Source: an uncultured marine group I thaumarchaeote
GTDB lineage: Archaea > Thermoproteota > Nitrososphaeria > Nitrososphaerales > Nitrosopumilaceae
Length of the DNA stretch: 64,000 nt
Reading direction: 5' to 3'
Assembly: GCA_902552015.1 (NCBI GenBank)
Contig: CACDFH010000003.1
Coordinates: forward strand, 3,269-67,268
Position 1 is the first letter of the stretch. Every line of letters begins with the position of its first letter. The notes beneath the pieces are model-generated. The model ran no database searches, was not told the DNA's origin, and worked only from the letters and a program-made list of their open reading frames with translations. Shown one piece after another: positions 9,170 to 17,871 of the stretch. The translations under genes were made by a program, and so were the position numbers.

Positions 9170-11089
9170 ATGGTATTTTTAGAACTCCTTGAAAATATAC
9201 GAAAGGAAACATCCAAAATTCTGGATTCTCAAAATTATGAACCTGTCTCATTTTCAGTTGAATCTGCAAAACCTGGATTTGGTGACATTACTTGTAATGT
9301 CTCATTTTTACTCTCAAAACAGCTCAAAAAAAGCCCTCAAGAGATATCTAACGAGATATCAAAACTTTACAAATTTGATAATATCCCACAAATCAAAAAT
9401 GTCGAGTCACATCCTAGTGGATATCTGAATTTCAATATTGATTACACGCAATTTTCTAATCTGGTAATCAAATCTTCTCTACAAGAAAATTACGGTTCAC
9501 TTGATATTGGACATAATGAAAAAATTGTTGTAGAGCACACGTCTGTAAATCCAAACAAAGCTTTGCACGTTGGACACATACGAAATGTAATCTTGGGAGA
9601 TATTGTTTCTAAAATTCTTAGAAAAGGAAATTTTGATGTAAAGGTACTAAATTATGTTGATGATTCTGGCTTACAAGTTGCTGACATTATAGTTGGTTTC
9701 ACAGAACTTGGATTCTCACAAGAACCATCTGGAAATGAAAAATTTGATCATTACTGTGGTGATACTGTTTATGTTAAAACCACTGAAAAATATGAAACTG
9801 ATAAAAAATTAGAAGAAAAACGACATGAAATTCTAAAACAAATTGAAGATAGTTCTAGTGATATATCAAAAATGGCACAAACGATTACTCGAAAAGTATT
9901 GAATGAACAGCTAAAAACTGTATGGAATTTGGGTGTCTTCTATGACTGTCTTAATTTTGAATCTCAAATTATACATTCAAAACTATGGGAGAAAATATTT
10001 GAGAAATTAAAATCTGAAAACCAAATAAAATATGAAGAAGCAGGCGATAATGCTGGATGTTGGGTTATTCCTGCAGAAGGAGAGGATGATAAAATTCTAG
10101 TTCGTAGTAACGGAGTTGCAACATACATTGCAAAAGATATTCCATATGCAGCTTGGAAATTGGGATTAGTTGAAGATCCGTTTTCTTACAAAATTCACTC
10201 AACGCAAAAAAATGATCAAACACTTTATGAAACAACTTTGGATGAAATTCCTGATCATGATGACAATAAACTAAATCTGTCTGGTAACAAAGTGATCACT
10301 GTAATTGATAATAGACAAATTCGTTTGCAAAAAATAGTATCTGGCTTGATGGCAAAGTTCAAAGAAGAAGGTGCCTATACTCATCTTGGCTATGAATCTG
10401 TCACTTTAAGCGCTGATACTGTAAAATCATTAGGTAAATCGGTACAATCAATTTCTGAATCCGGCTCCAAATCCATGAAAGGCTATTCTGCACAAATGTC
10501 TGGACGCAAAGGATTGTACGTAAATGCCGATACCGTGCTTGAAACACTCACAAAACGTGTCTATGATGAATCAAAAAGCAGAAATGAAAATTTATCTGAA
10601 TCTGAACTTCAAAATATTGCAAACATTGTTGCAGTTGGAACGATTCGTTATGAAATGATAAAACCTGATTTGGATAAAATAATCACATTTGATTTGAAAA
10701 ACTCGCTTCGTCTGGAAGGCGATACCTGCAGTTACATTCAGTATTCATATGCACGTGCTTCTAGAATTCTTGAAAAAACAGAAACAAAACCAAACTTTGA
10801 TTCTGGATTTGAATTGTTATCCTCTGAATATGAAAAAAATCTCATTAAAAAAATTGCAATGTTTGATGTACAGGTAAATGACTCTGTCAACAACTTTTCT
10901 CCTAAAGTGATTGCAAAATATTCTTATGAACTGGCAGTTACCTTTTCCTCATTTTATGAACATGTCAAAGTATTGAAATCTGAAACTCCTGAATTACTAA
11001 ATGCCAGATTATGTCTTGTAGTTTCCTTCCAAAAAACTCTCAAATCTTCTTTAGGTTTACTTGGTATTGACGCACCTGAAAGAATGTAG
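9170..11089 (+). CDS. argS: arginyl-tRNA synthetase
   Basis: EHTSVNPNKALHVGH (HIGH), MSGRKG, YIQYSYAR, C-terminal APERM. Confidence 0.96.
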   Translation: MVFLELLENIRKETSKILDSQNYEPVSFSVESAKPGFGDITCNVSFLLSKQLKKSPQEISNEISKLYKFDNIPQIKNVESHPSGYLNFNIDYTQFSNLVIKSSLQENYGSLDIGHNEKIVVEHTSVNPNKALHVGHIRNVILGDIVSKILRKGNFDVKVLNYVDDSGLQVADIIVGFTELGFSQEPSGNEKFDHYCGDTVYVKTTEKYETDKKLEEKRHEILKQIEDSSSDISKMAQTITRKVLNEQLKTVWNLGVFYDCLNFESQIIHSKLWEKIFEKLKSENQIKYEEAGDNAGCWVIPAEGEDDKILVRSNGVATYIAKDIPYAAWKLGLVEDPFSYKIHSTQKNDQTLYETTLDEIPDHDDNKLNLSGNKVITVIDNRQIRLQKIVSGLMAKFKEEGAYTHLGYESVTLSADTVKSLGKSVQSISESGSKSMKGYSAQMSGRKGLYVNADTVLETLTKRVYDESKSRNENLSESELQNIANIVAVGTIRYEMIKPDLDKIITFDLKNSLRLEGDTCSYIQYSYARASRILEKTETKPNFDSGFELLSSEYEKNLIKKIAMFDVQVNDSVNNFSPKVIAKYSYELAVTFSSFYEHVKVLKSETPELLNARLCLVVSFQKTLKSSLGLLGIDAPERM

Positions 11090-11803
11090 TTAGTTTTTCT
11101 TCTCATCACTCTTGTATCTTTTTAGTAAGAATGCATGTTGCACAGAATACTTGTTTTCTTTAGCATCTTTTTTTAGCAATTCTGCATCCTTTAATCTTAC
11201 TCCTTGTGCAGCTAAAAATGCATCATCTTCTCTACCTAATTCTTTGAATGCATTTGATTTTTCAATTGCGGCTCTAGAAAAATCTGGCATTATCTGTTGC
11301 ACTGTATCATAATATGGAATAGATTCTTCATATCTGTGTAAATAACTCAAAGTTACGGCCATGTTCATTAGCGCATCTACGTTTGTTTTATCCAATTCCA
11401 ATGCTAAATCATACAATGTTAACGCATTTTCATGATTTCCTGTTTTGTTTAATGCAATACCTTTTGTAACTAGCGCATCTACATCCTTATCATTTTTTGA
11501 TAATAGAATTTCACAACATTCTAACACTTGATCATGTAGTTCTAGCTTTTCCAATGATAACATTTTATTTTTTACTGCATGTTCTTCGTTTGGGTCCTTT
11601 TCTAATGCCTTGTTAGCACATTTGATTGCATCTTCATACGCGCCTACAATATAGTACGCTGTACTTAGATTTTGTAAGGCAATTGGGTCATTTGGGTCCT
11701 TTTCTAGCAATTTTTGACAAAATTCTATGGCTGCATCAAACTTTTTTGCATCAAATAATTTCTTTAATTCTGTAACTGGATCAAGTAATGGTATGTCCTT
11801 CAT
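11090..11803 (-). CDS. TPR-repeat protein
   Basis: ~34-aa helical repeats with A/G/Y-P consensus. Confidence 0.85.
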   Translation of the reverse strand: MKDIPLLDPVTELKKLFDAKKFDAAIEFCQKLLEKDPNDPIALQNLSTAYYIVGAYEDAIKCANKALEKDPNEEHAVKNKMLSLEKLELHDQVLECCEILLSKNDKDVDALVTKGIALNKTGNHENALTLYDLALELDKTNVDALMNMAVTLSYLHRYEESIPYYDTVQQIMPDFSRAAIEKSNAFKELGREDDAFLAAQGVRLKDAELLKKDAKENKYSVQHAFLLKRYKSDEKKN

Positions 11804-11845
11804 TTACAATATCTCTGTAACTCGTGAATTTTTATACTATATCTT

Positions 11846-12670
11846 TTGTTAAATCGTATGGATACTCGTATCAACATAGCTGTAATTGTTGGTGTTGTAT
11901 TTGTTTTAGCCTTTGCTGTAACTTTAACTCAATATGAAAATCAAGCTGTATCGCAAGATGCTGAATTTGAAATTAGTGATGAGTTAATGACTCACTGGAT
12001 AGAAAAATATGATCCTTCACAAAACACTATCTCAGTTTCAGGTAGTGCAACTGCTTCTTCAGAACCAGATACATTAATTGTTGTTCTTGGTGTTGATTCC
12101 GAAGCAAAAACTGCAAATGAATCTTTGTCTCAAAATTCTAACTCATTAAACGCAGTAATCTCATCATTAACTAATTCTGGAATATCTGAAGATGACATTC
12201 AAACATCGAATTTTAGAATCTATCCGCTATATGATTTTTCAGATTCAAAAGATAAACAAATTCTAATTGGTTATCGTGTATCTAACATGCTGTCCATTCA
12301 AACTGATAAGATTGATTCGGCTGGAAACGTAATTGATATTGCAGTATCTTCTGGTGCAAACCGTGTTGATAATGTTTCATTTCAACTTTCAGATGAAAAA
12401 TCACAAAAAATTAGTGATGATTTAATTGCCAATGCCATACTTGATGCAACACAAAAAGCAGAAAAGGCACTTGTTCCATTGAAACAACAAATTGTTGGAG
12501 TAAAGACTGTAGTTATTCATGACAATGTTATGCCATTTTATGGTAGTCCTATGCGGGCCTCATTTGATGGAATGGCAATGGAGTCTTCAATGAAATCTGC
12601 ACCAATCATTTCTGGAGATGAAGAAATCAGAACTGATGTAAGTGTAGTTTTCTATATTGCACAGAAGTAA
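11846..12670 (+). CDS. SIMPL/DUF541 domain protein with N-terminal membrane anchor
   Basis: ISVSGSA..EPD, IQTSNF.IYP.YD, GYRVSN, GANRVDNVSF; start may be ATG 11858. Confidence 0.85.
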   Translation: MLNRMDTRINIAVIVGVVFVLAFAVTLTQYENQAVSQDAEFEISDELMTHWIEKYDPSQNTISVSGSATASSEPDTLIVVLGVDSEAKTANESLSQNSNSLNAVISSLTNSGISEDDIQTSNFRIYPLYDFSDSKDKQILIGYRVSNMLSIQTDKIDSAGNVIDIAVSSGANRVDNVSFQLSDEKSQKISDDLIANAILDATQKAEKALVPLKQQIVGVKTVVIHDNVMPFYGSPMRASFDGMAMESSMKSAPIISGDEEIRTDVSVVFYIAQK

Positions 12671-12913
12671 TTATTCGCCTTGACCTTCAATCTTAGTTAG
12701 TGTCAAAGTAGAACGAATTTTTCCAATTTTACGTATTTTCCATGTGATGGTTTCTCGAATTTTATCAACTGATTCTGATGATATTTTTGCTATTATGTCA
12801 TATGCGCCAAATGTTCCATGAACTTCTTGGACATCTTCAAATGTTTTCAGCTCTGAAATAATTTGTTCTTCTGAGCCTAGTTCGCAATTTATTAAAACAA
12901 ATGCTTGAGCCAT
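12671..12913 (-). CDS. Lrp/AsnC ligand-binding (RAM) domain, stand-alone
   Basis: AFVLINCELG, HGTFGAYDIIAK, IRSTLTL. Confidence 0.88.
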   Translation of the reverse strand: MAQAFVLINCELGSEEQIISELKTFEDVQEVHGTFGAYDIIAKISSESVDKIRETITWKIRKIGKIRSTLTLTKIEGQGE

Positions 12914-12992
12914 GGTGTCAATACATTCTCATTGCAGTTAAATTTTCTTTCCTAAATCTAATATACCTCATGATCTTCTGTCCTAACTTACA

Positions 12993-13748
12993 ATGTTTGA
13001 AAATTTATGGCTAATTCCATTGGGTTTTGCAGCAGGTGTGTTGGGCTCCATCGTCGGACTAGGTGGTGGAATAATTGCAGTCCCTGCAATGACTTTTGCA
13101 GGATTTCCTCCTGCATTGGCTGCAAGTAACAGTCTTTTTGCGGCATTTAGTAATTCTGTTGCATCTACAGTATCTTATGCACGTCAAAAACGTGTAGAGT
13201 TTGGAATTGGAATAAAACTTGGGTTAATGTGCATTCCTGGTACAATCTTAGGTGCATTTGTTTCTGATATAATGACTCCTGTTGCATTTCAAATTCTATT
13301 TGCATTTGTATTGATAGCCTCTGCTGTTTACATTTTCATAAAGCGTGCAATCGATGAAAAACCATATAATAAAACTGCCATAATGATGGTTTTTTCTGCA
13401 GGTGCAAGCTTCTTTGCAGGAATTATTTCCAGTTTATTTGGTATTGGAGGAGGAATTGTATTTGTTCCATTAATGGTTATTGGAATAGGAATTCCTATGA
13501 GAAGGGCGGCTCCTACTGCACAGCTAATCTTGATGTTTGCATCTCTTAGTGGACTTTTAGTTCATTCTGCATTGGGACATCCTGATTACTTGCAAGCATT
13601 TTTCTTAGCACTTGGTGCATTTGCAGGAGGCTTGCTTGGAGCTAGATTATCCTTGGAAATCAAAGAACGAAAATTAAAAATTCTTGTAACTGTTGTTCTC
13701 TTAGCGGCTGCAGTAAAATTGATTATCGACTCGGTGGCTCTTTTTTAA
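12993..13748 (+). CDS. TauE/SafE (TSUP) family transporter
   Basis: Duplicated GLGGG / GIGGG..FVP motifs, multiple TM helices. Confidence 0.88.
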   Translation: MFENLWLIPLGFAAGVLGSIVGLGGGIIAVPAMTFAGFPPALAASNSLFAAFSNSVASTVSYARQKRVEFGIGIKLGLMCIPGTILGAFVSDIMTPVAFQILFAFVLIASAVYIFIKRAIDEKPYNKTAIMMVFSAGASFFAGIISSLFGIGGGIVFVPLMVIGIGIPMRRAAPTAQLILMFASLSGLLVHSALGHPDYLQAFFLALGAFAGGLLGARLSLEIKERKLKILVTVVLLAAAVKLIIDSVALF

Positions 13749-14181
13749 TTCTGTAAAGATTATTCTTTGATGTTAAAACTAATTCCCCATCTTCAAAGGT
13801 AGCCTCGAAATCAACACTAATCAAACCATATTCGTCATCGATATCTCTCTTATCTGAAATTGTATATTTGAGGCGTAAGACTTGGTCCGTATAAACTGGT
13901 CTTAGAAATCTAGTTTGTCTATTTTTCCATTCTTCGTCTCCATCTATCCCATACAGGACAATATAATTTCCATAAATCTGTCTTAATCTTGTAAACTCTC
14001 CTTCCATTCGTGAAATTATTGCTCTTCCTGAAATTACTCTATCTTCATCTTTTCCAGTATCTATCTCAAACATTGCATTTTTAATTCTTGAAAAACCAAG
14101 ATATTCATCTAATTCTTTTTTTGAAATACTTGTTGTGGAAACAAAGGAATTTCCTATCTTTATTGTTTTGAATTTTTCCAT
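13723..14181 (-). CDS. MaoC-like hot-dog fold protein
   Basis: TRFLRPVYTDQVL hot-dog strand motif; the D-x-N-P-x-H hydratase motif appears degenerate. Confidence 0.65.
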   Translation of the reverse strand: MEKFKTIKIGNSFVSTTSISKKELDEYLGFSRIKNAMFEIDTGKDEDRVISGRAIISRMEGEFTRLRQIYGNYIVLYGIDGDEEWKNRQTRFLRPVYTDQVLRLKYTISDKRDIDDEYGLISVDFEATFEDGELVLTSKNNLYRIKKEPPSR

Positions 14182-14184
14182 TTC

Positions 14185-15933
14185 TTATCTAGATTCATCA
14201 GGACAGAAAATTACTTCTGCACTGGATCTTGAATCATCGGATATTAAATAATTCACAGCATCTGTAATTCTGGCATTGTTTGGTTCTTTTCCGTCTACTG
14301 TTCCTGCTAATACTAGGAATGCTCTGACATTTGATTTCAAAACATCGCTTAGTTCTTGGTTAACAGTTGTTGCAAATGGTCGTAGTGCACCTCTAAAAAC
14401 TTCAACTTTAGCTCTTTCTCCGCCTCCTATCTTTTTTCCATATGGGAGGTCAGGACCGATTATTACAATACGTCCTTTTGCATCTTTGAAAAGTCTTGGA
14501 TCTTCTGAACCATTAGGAACAAAAATTCCCATTGCATTTTGACTAACAGTAGCTGGAATGTTGATGAATTTGTCGGTTAAACTATCCCATTCACTTCTAG
14601 ATAATTCTGTTAATTTCGATATTGCTGGAACTTTACCGGTAATGTGTATGAATACTTCAATATCTCCTTTTGATTTTGCAGTGTTAAACCATCTTGTAAT
14701 TTCTTCGTTATTTGAAAAATCAATTACATGTGAATGGAATTTGTTTGAAATTGAATCTTGAATTTCTTTTGGACATTTGTCTGAAATGAAACAAATTGCT
14801 TGACCTCCGTTAGATTGTACATTGGTTGCAATTTCTTCGGCTTTCTTTGCATCTTCTTCATCTGTTGCATCAATTGTTAGCACTGCAATTTTTGATGAAT
14901 AATCATATTGTTTCACAGTTTCTGGAACTGATGTTATGTGTGATCTTACTGGATAGAAAACTCTGTCACCTGGAATAATTTTTCCATTTAGAATTTTTGC
15001 CTGTTGATCATCTGCTAATGTTAAAACTGTTGTTGCAACTTGATCTTGTGATAAGAATTGTTGATCTGCAATCATTGTTGATGTATTCTTTTGAATTTTT
15101 TCTGCAATGCTTTGTACTTTATTGAGTAAATTGGTAAATGTTGATTCTTGTTTTCCTAATTTTTCTGCAGCGGCTTTAATTCCATTCTTGATTGTATCTT
15201 CGTCCTCTCCTAACAAACCTACAATTTCTTTATTTGCAGCCTCAACTTCTGTAGGTACTAAATCTTCAAATCCACTAACTCTAAGAAATTCCGATGCAGC
15301 TTTTGGATAAACTGTCTTGTAAATTCTGTCTGAGTGTACTGGACCTGGGTTTGTTCCAATTGAAATAATTCCTTTTTCAGTTAATTCCCATGACATTGCT
15401 TCAACTAATCTGTTCTTTGCACCTTGTGATGCTGTATATGGACCTCTGAATCTGTATGGTCTTTGTTCTAATGGTCTCTCTTCAGCAAAGAATGTTGAAA
15501 TTGTAATAATTTTGCCACCTTCTTTCATTACCTTTAATGCTTGTACGGATGTCCAAAATGTTCCAGTTAGGTGTATGTCAACTGTGCTTCTGAAATCTTC
15601 TAATGGTGCATGTGAGAAACATGTAACCGGTCCTGAAACTCCGGCATTATTTACAATTACATCTACATTGATACCTTCATTTTTTAAAGCATCAAACATT
15701 TCTGTAACTGATTTTTCATCACTGACGTCTACTCCTGAAAATATCTTTACAAATCCATTTGAATTTTTTTCATTAATGATTTTTGTTAGCATTTCTGATG
15801 TACTCTCAAGAGGCTCCTTTCTTCTGCCTAAAATGATGACACTGGCTCCATTTTCTACGAATTTCTTTGCAACCGTCATTCCGATGCCGGTTCCACTGCC
15901 TGTGATTAAAACAACTTTATTTTCGAACTTCAA
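14185..15933 (-). CDS. two-domain SDR oxidoreductase, malonyl-CoA reductase-like
   Basis: TGSGTGIG, GRR (NADP), NNAG, PYRFRGPYTAS, NPGPVHSDR; second degenerate Rossmann domain in the C-terminal half. Confidence 0.8.
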   Translation of the reverse strand: MKFENKVVLITGSGTGIGMTVAKKFVENGASVIILGRRKEPLESTSEMLTKIINEKNSNGFVKIFSGVDVSDEKSVTEMFDALKNEGINVDVIVNNAGVSGPVTCFSHAPLEDFRSTVDIHLTGTFWTSVQALKVMKEGGKIITISTFFAEERPLEQRPYRFRGPYTASQGAKNRLVEAMSWELTEKGIISIGTNPGPVHSDRIYKTVYPKAASEFLRVSGFEDLVPTEVEAANKEIVGLLGEDEDTIKNGIKAAAEKLGKQESTFTNLLNKVQSIAEKIQKNTSTMIADQQFLSQDQVATTVLTLADDQQAKILNGKIIPGDRVFYPVRSHITSVPETVKQYDYSSKIAVLTIDATDEEDAKKAEEIATNVQSNGGQAICFISDKCPKEIQDSISNKFHSHVIDFSNNEEITRWFNTAKSKGDIEVFIHITGKVPAISKLTELSRSEWDSLTDKFINIPATVSQNAMGIFVPNGSEDPRLFKDAKGRIVIIGPDLPYGKKIGGGERAKVEVFRGALRPFATTVNQELSDVLKSNVRAFLVLAGTVDGKEPNNARITDAVNYLISDDSRSSAEVIFCPDESR

Positions 15934-16019
15934 TCTGCAAAAATTTTGTCAAAATTGCAATATTAATTGCTTGTCACTCGAGAATTATCTTTATTTGAGG
16001 GTAGTCTTGAAGATAGCTA

Positions 16020-16256
16020 TTGCACGATACAGAACCTGATACATTTGTTATTCAATCAATGCCTGAAAAATTTTCAGAATTGCTAAAAGAGATCGCTATA
16101 GATTCAACTCCAAAAGAAATTGCAACTGATGATGTTGAACATGATGATTATTACAGTAGAGTGTTTTCACAAACTACTCGAATGGTTACAAACAAGGGCT
16201 GTCTTGACGTCACTGGAACTAACATTGATGTCATTCAGATTATACAGAAGGGATAG
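16020..16256 (+). CDS. hypothetical protein
   Basis: TTG-start ORF with typical codon use, divergent from the SDR gene. Confidence 0.7.
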   Translation: MHDTEPDTFVIQSMPEKFSELLKEIAIDSTPKEIATDDVEHDDYYSRVFSQTTRMVTNKGCLDVTGTNIDVIQIIQKG

Positions 16257-16258
16257 TT

Positions 16259-16630
16259 ATGCAAGATCCAAATCCACTTCCTTGGGGCGCACAAGACCGT
16301 TTTCAGGCTCATTTCATTGTTAGAAAGCAAGCAGACAATTCTTTAGACCTTACAGCCAGAACTGTTCTAAACACCTCTGGTCACTTTGGTTCAAAAAAAG
16401 TCACTAAAGTTCAATGGGAAGGCGGAAAAATTGCTGACACATTAAACTCTGATTCCGTACTGAATGATCTTATTGCACAACAATCTGTTGATGATGCAAC
16501 AATAACAATTGATCCTACCTCAAAAGGTGTCAGAATTTATGGAAAATGGAAAAATAGTTTTGAATTTAACGTATCAAAAGTTCAATTCGAAATATTTGAC
16601 AAAATTGCTGGCCACGTAAAGAGTTTCTAA
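16259..16630 (+). CDS. hypothetical protein
   Basis: Starts 2 nt after the previous stop; fills the gap to endA. Confidence 0.72.
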   Translation: MQDPNPLPWGAQDRFQAHFIVRKQADNSLDLTARTVLNTSGHFGSKKVTKVQWEGGKIADTLNSDSVLNDLIAQQSVDDATITIDPTSKGVRIYGKWKNSFEFNVSKVQFEIFDKIAGHVKSF

Positions 16631-17163
16631 GCTTTCCACCAATCAAGTGCAACATAATCAACTTTATCTTTTCCAGATGGAATTGCCAAAATGAATTGTT
16701 TTTTTACACTTGATGCTAATCTTCCTGCTAAAACAATATCTGTCGATGTCATATTCTCATTTCTATTGTAAACTTGAACTAAAAACGGTGCATGATCAAT
16801 TCCTGGTCCTTTTTGATATACTGCAAAATCACATCCGAACTTTATTCCGGGATTGACAATGTATCCTTTATCTCTAAAATCTTTGTACACTTGAAATTTT
16901 TTTTCAAAGTTATGGTGCTGCTCTTGACAAATATCAAGCATTTTTTTTGTAGTAATTTTCTTTTTGTTCTTATAGATTTGAATTTTAGATTTATTCATTA
17001 AGTAAAATCCTTCAATTAAATCTAAAATTAAAGGAACATTGATTTCATCTAATTTTGGTTTTGGAATTCCAATAGGTTTTCCATAATAACCTTGACTGAA
17101 TAATTTTTTAGAATCATCTAAATTCCATACAATCAAACGATTTTCTAGTAATTCTGTTTTCAA
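16627..17163 (-). CDS. endA: tRNA-splicing endonuclease, catalytic subunit
   Basis: GIKFGCDFAVY, GPGIDHAPF, RLASSVKK (Y-H-K triad); TTG start at 17163 preferred over 17214. Confidence 0.9.
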   Translation of the reverse strand: MKTELLENRLIVWNLDDSKKLFSQGYYGKPIGIPKPKLDEINVPLILDLIEGFYLMNKSKIQIYKNKKKITTKKMLDICQEQHHNFEKKFQVYKDFRDKGYIVNPGIKFGCDFAVYQKGPGIDHAPFLVQVYNRNENMTSTDIVLAGRLASSVKKQFILAIPSGKDKVDYVALDWWKA

Positions 17164-17165
17164 AA

Positions 17166-17816
17166 CTATAAACTCAATGCCAAAAGAATGAATGAATCTG
17201 ATACTTCTTGACATTTGTCAGCCATTTCTTCAATTCCTTCTATTGTATCTTTCATCAATAGCATTTCACTTGTAGTAGAAATTTCAAGTGCTTTCAACAC
17301 CATTTTTCTGTATTTGATATCAATTTCTCTTTCTAGTTTTTGTGTATCTTGTGCTAGTTCAATTGATTTTGCAGAATCTGAATTTAGACTTCTAATAATT
17401 TCATTTAATTTGTAAATCTCATCTACGACTAATTCAATTAATTCTGTTAAGTCTCCATCTAGTTTTGATGATTTTAGTGTGGTGGCTTTGATATTTGATA
17501 ATTTGAATGCGATTCCTGTGATATATCCTGCAATTTCATCCATAGTATAGGCGGTATTTAGTAAATTTTCTCGATTTAAGATTAGGCCGCCAACATCAGC
17601 AACATCTCTTGTGATCTTTCTTCTTAAACTCTCTACTTCTTCTTCTAATGAAGCAATTTGCTCTAATGCATCTTTAATTCCTGCTTTGTCCTTTTTTACA
17701 ATTAATTCTGGTAATTGTGAAAGACTTCTTCCTGCATTTAATATTCTATTAATTTCGTCTTGCAAAACTGCAACTGCTTTTCGTTTTGCTTGTACTTCTA
17801 ATTCCCCACTGTACAT
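17166..17816 (-). CDS. DUF47/PhoU-like phosphate transport regulator
   Basis: Repeated E..D helical motifs (LEEEVESLRR, LEREID, IEEMADKC); start trimmed to MYSGE. Confidence 0.75.
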   Translation of the reverse strand: MYSGELEVQAKRKAVAVLQDEINRILNAGRSLSQLPELIVKKDKAGIKDALEQIASLEEEVESLRRKITRDVADVGGLILNRENLLNTAYTMDEIAGYITGIAFKLSNIKATTLKSSKLDGDLTELIELVVDEIYKLNEIIRSLNSDSAKSIELAQDTQKLEREIDIKYRKMVLKALEISTTSEMLLMKDTIEGIEEMADKCQEVSDSFILLALSL

Positions 17817-17871
17817 AACAAGTAGCATAAATTTCGTACTGAATATTAAGGCTTGGTTAAATGAATTTAAC

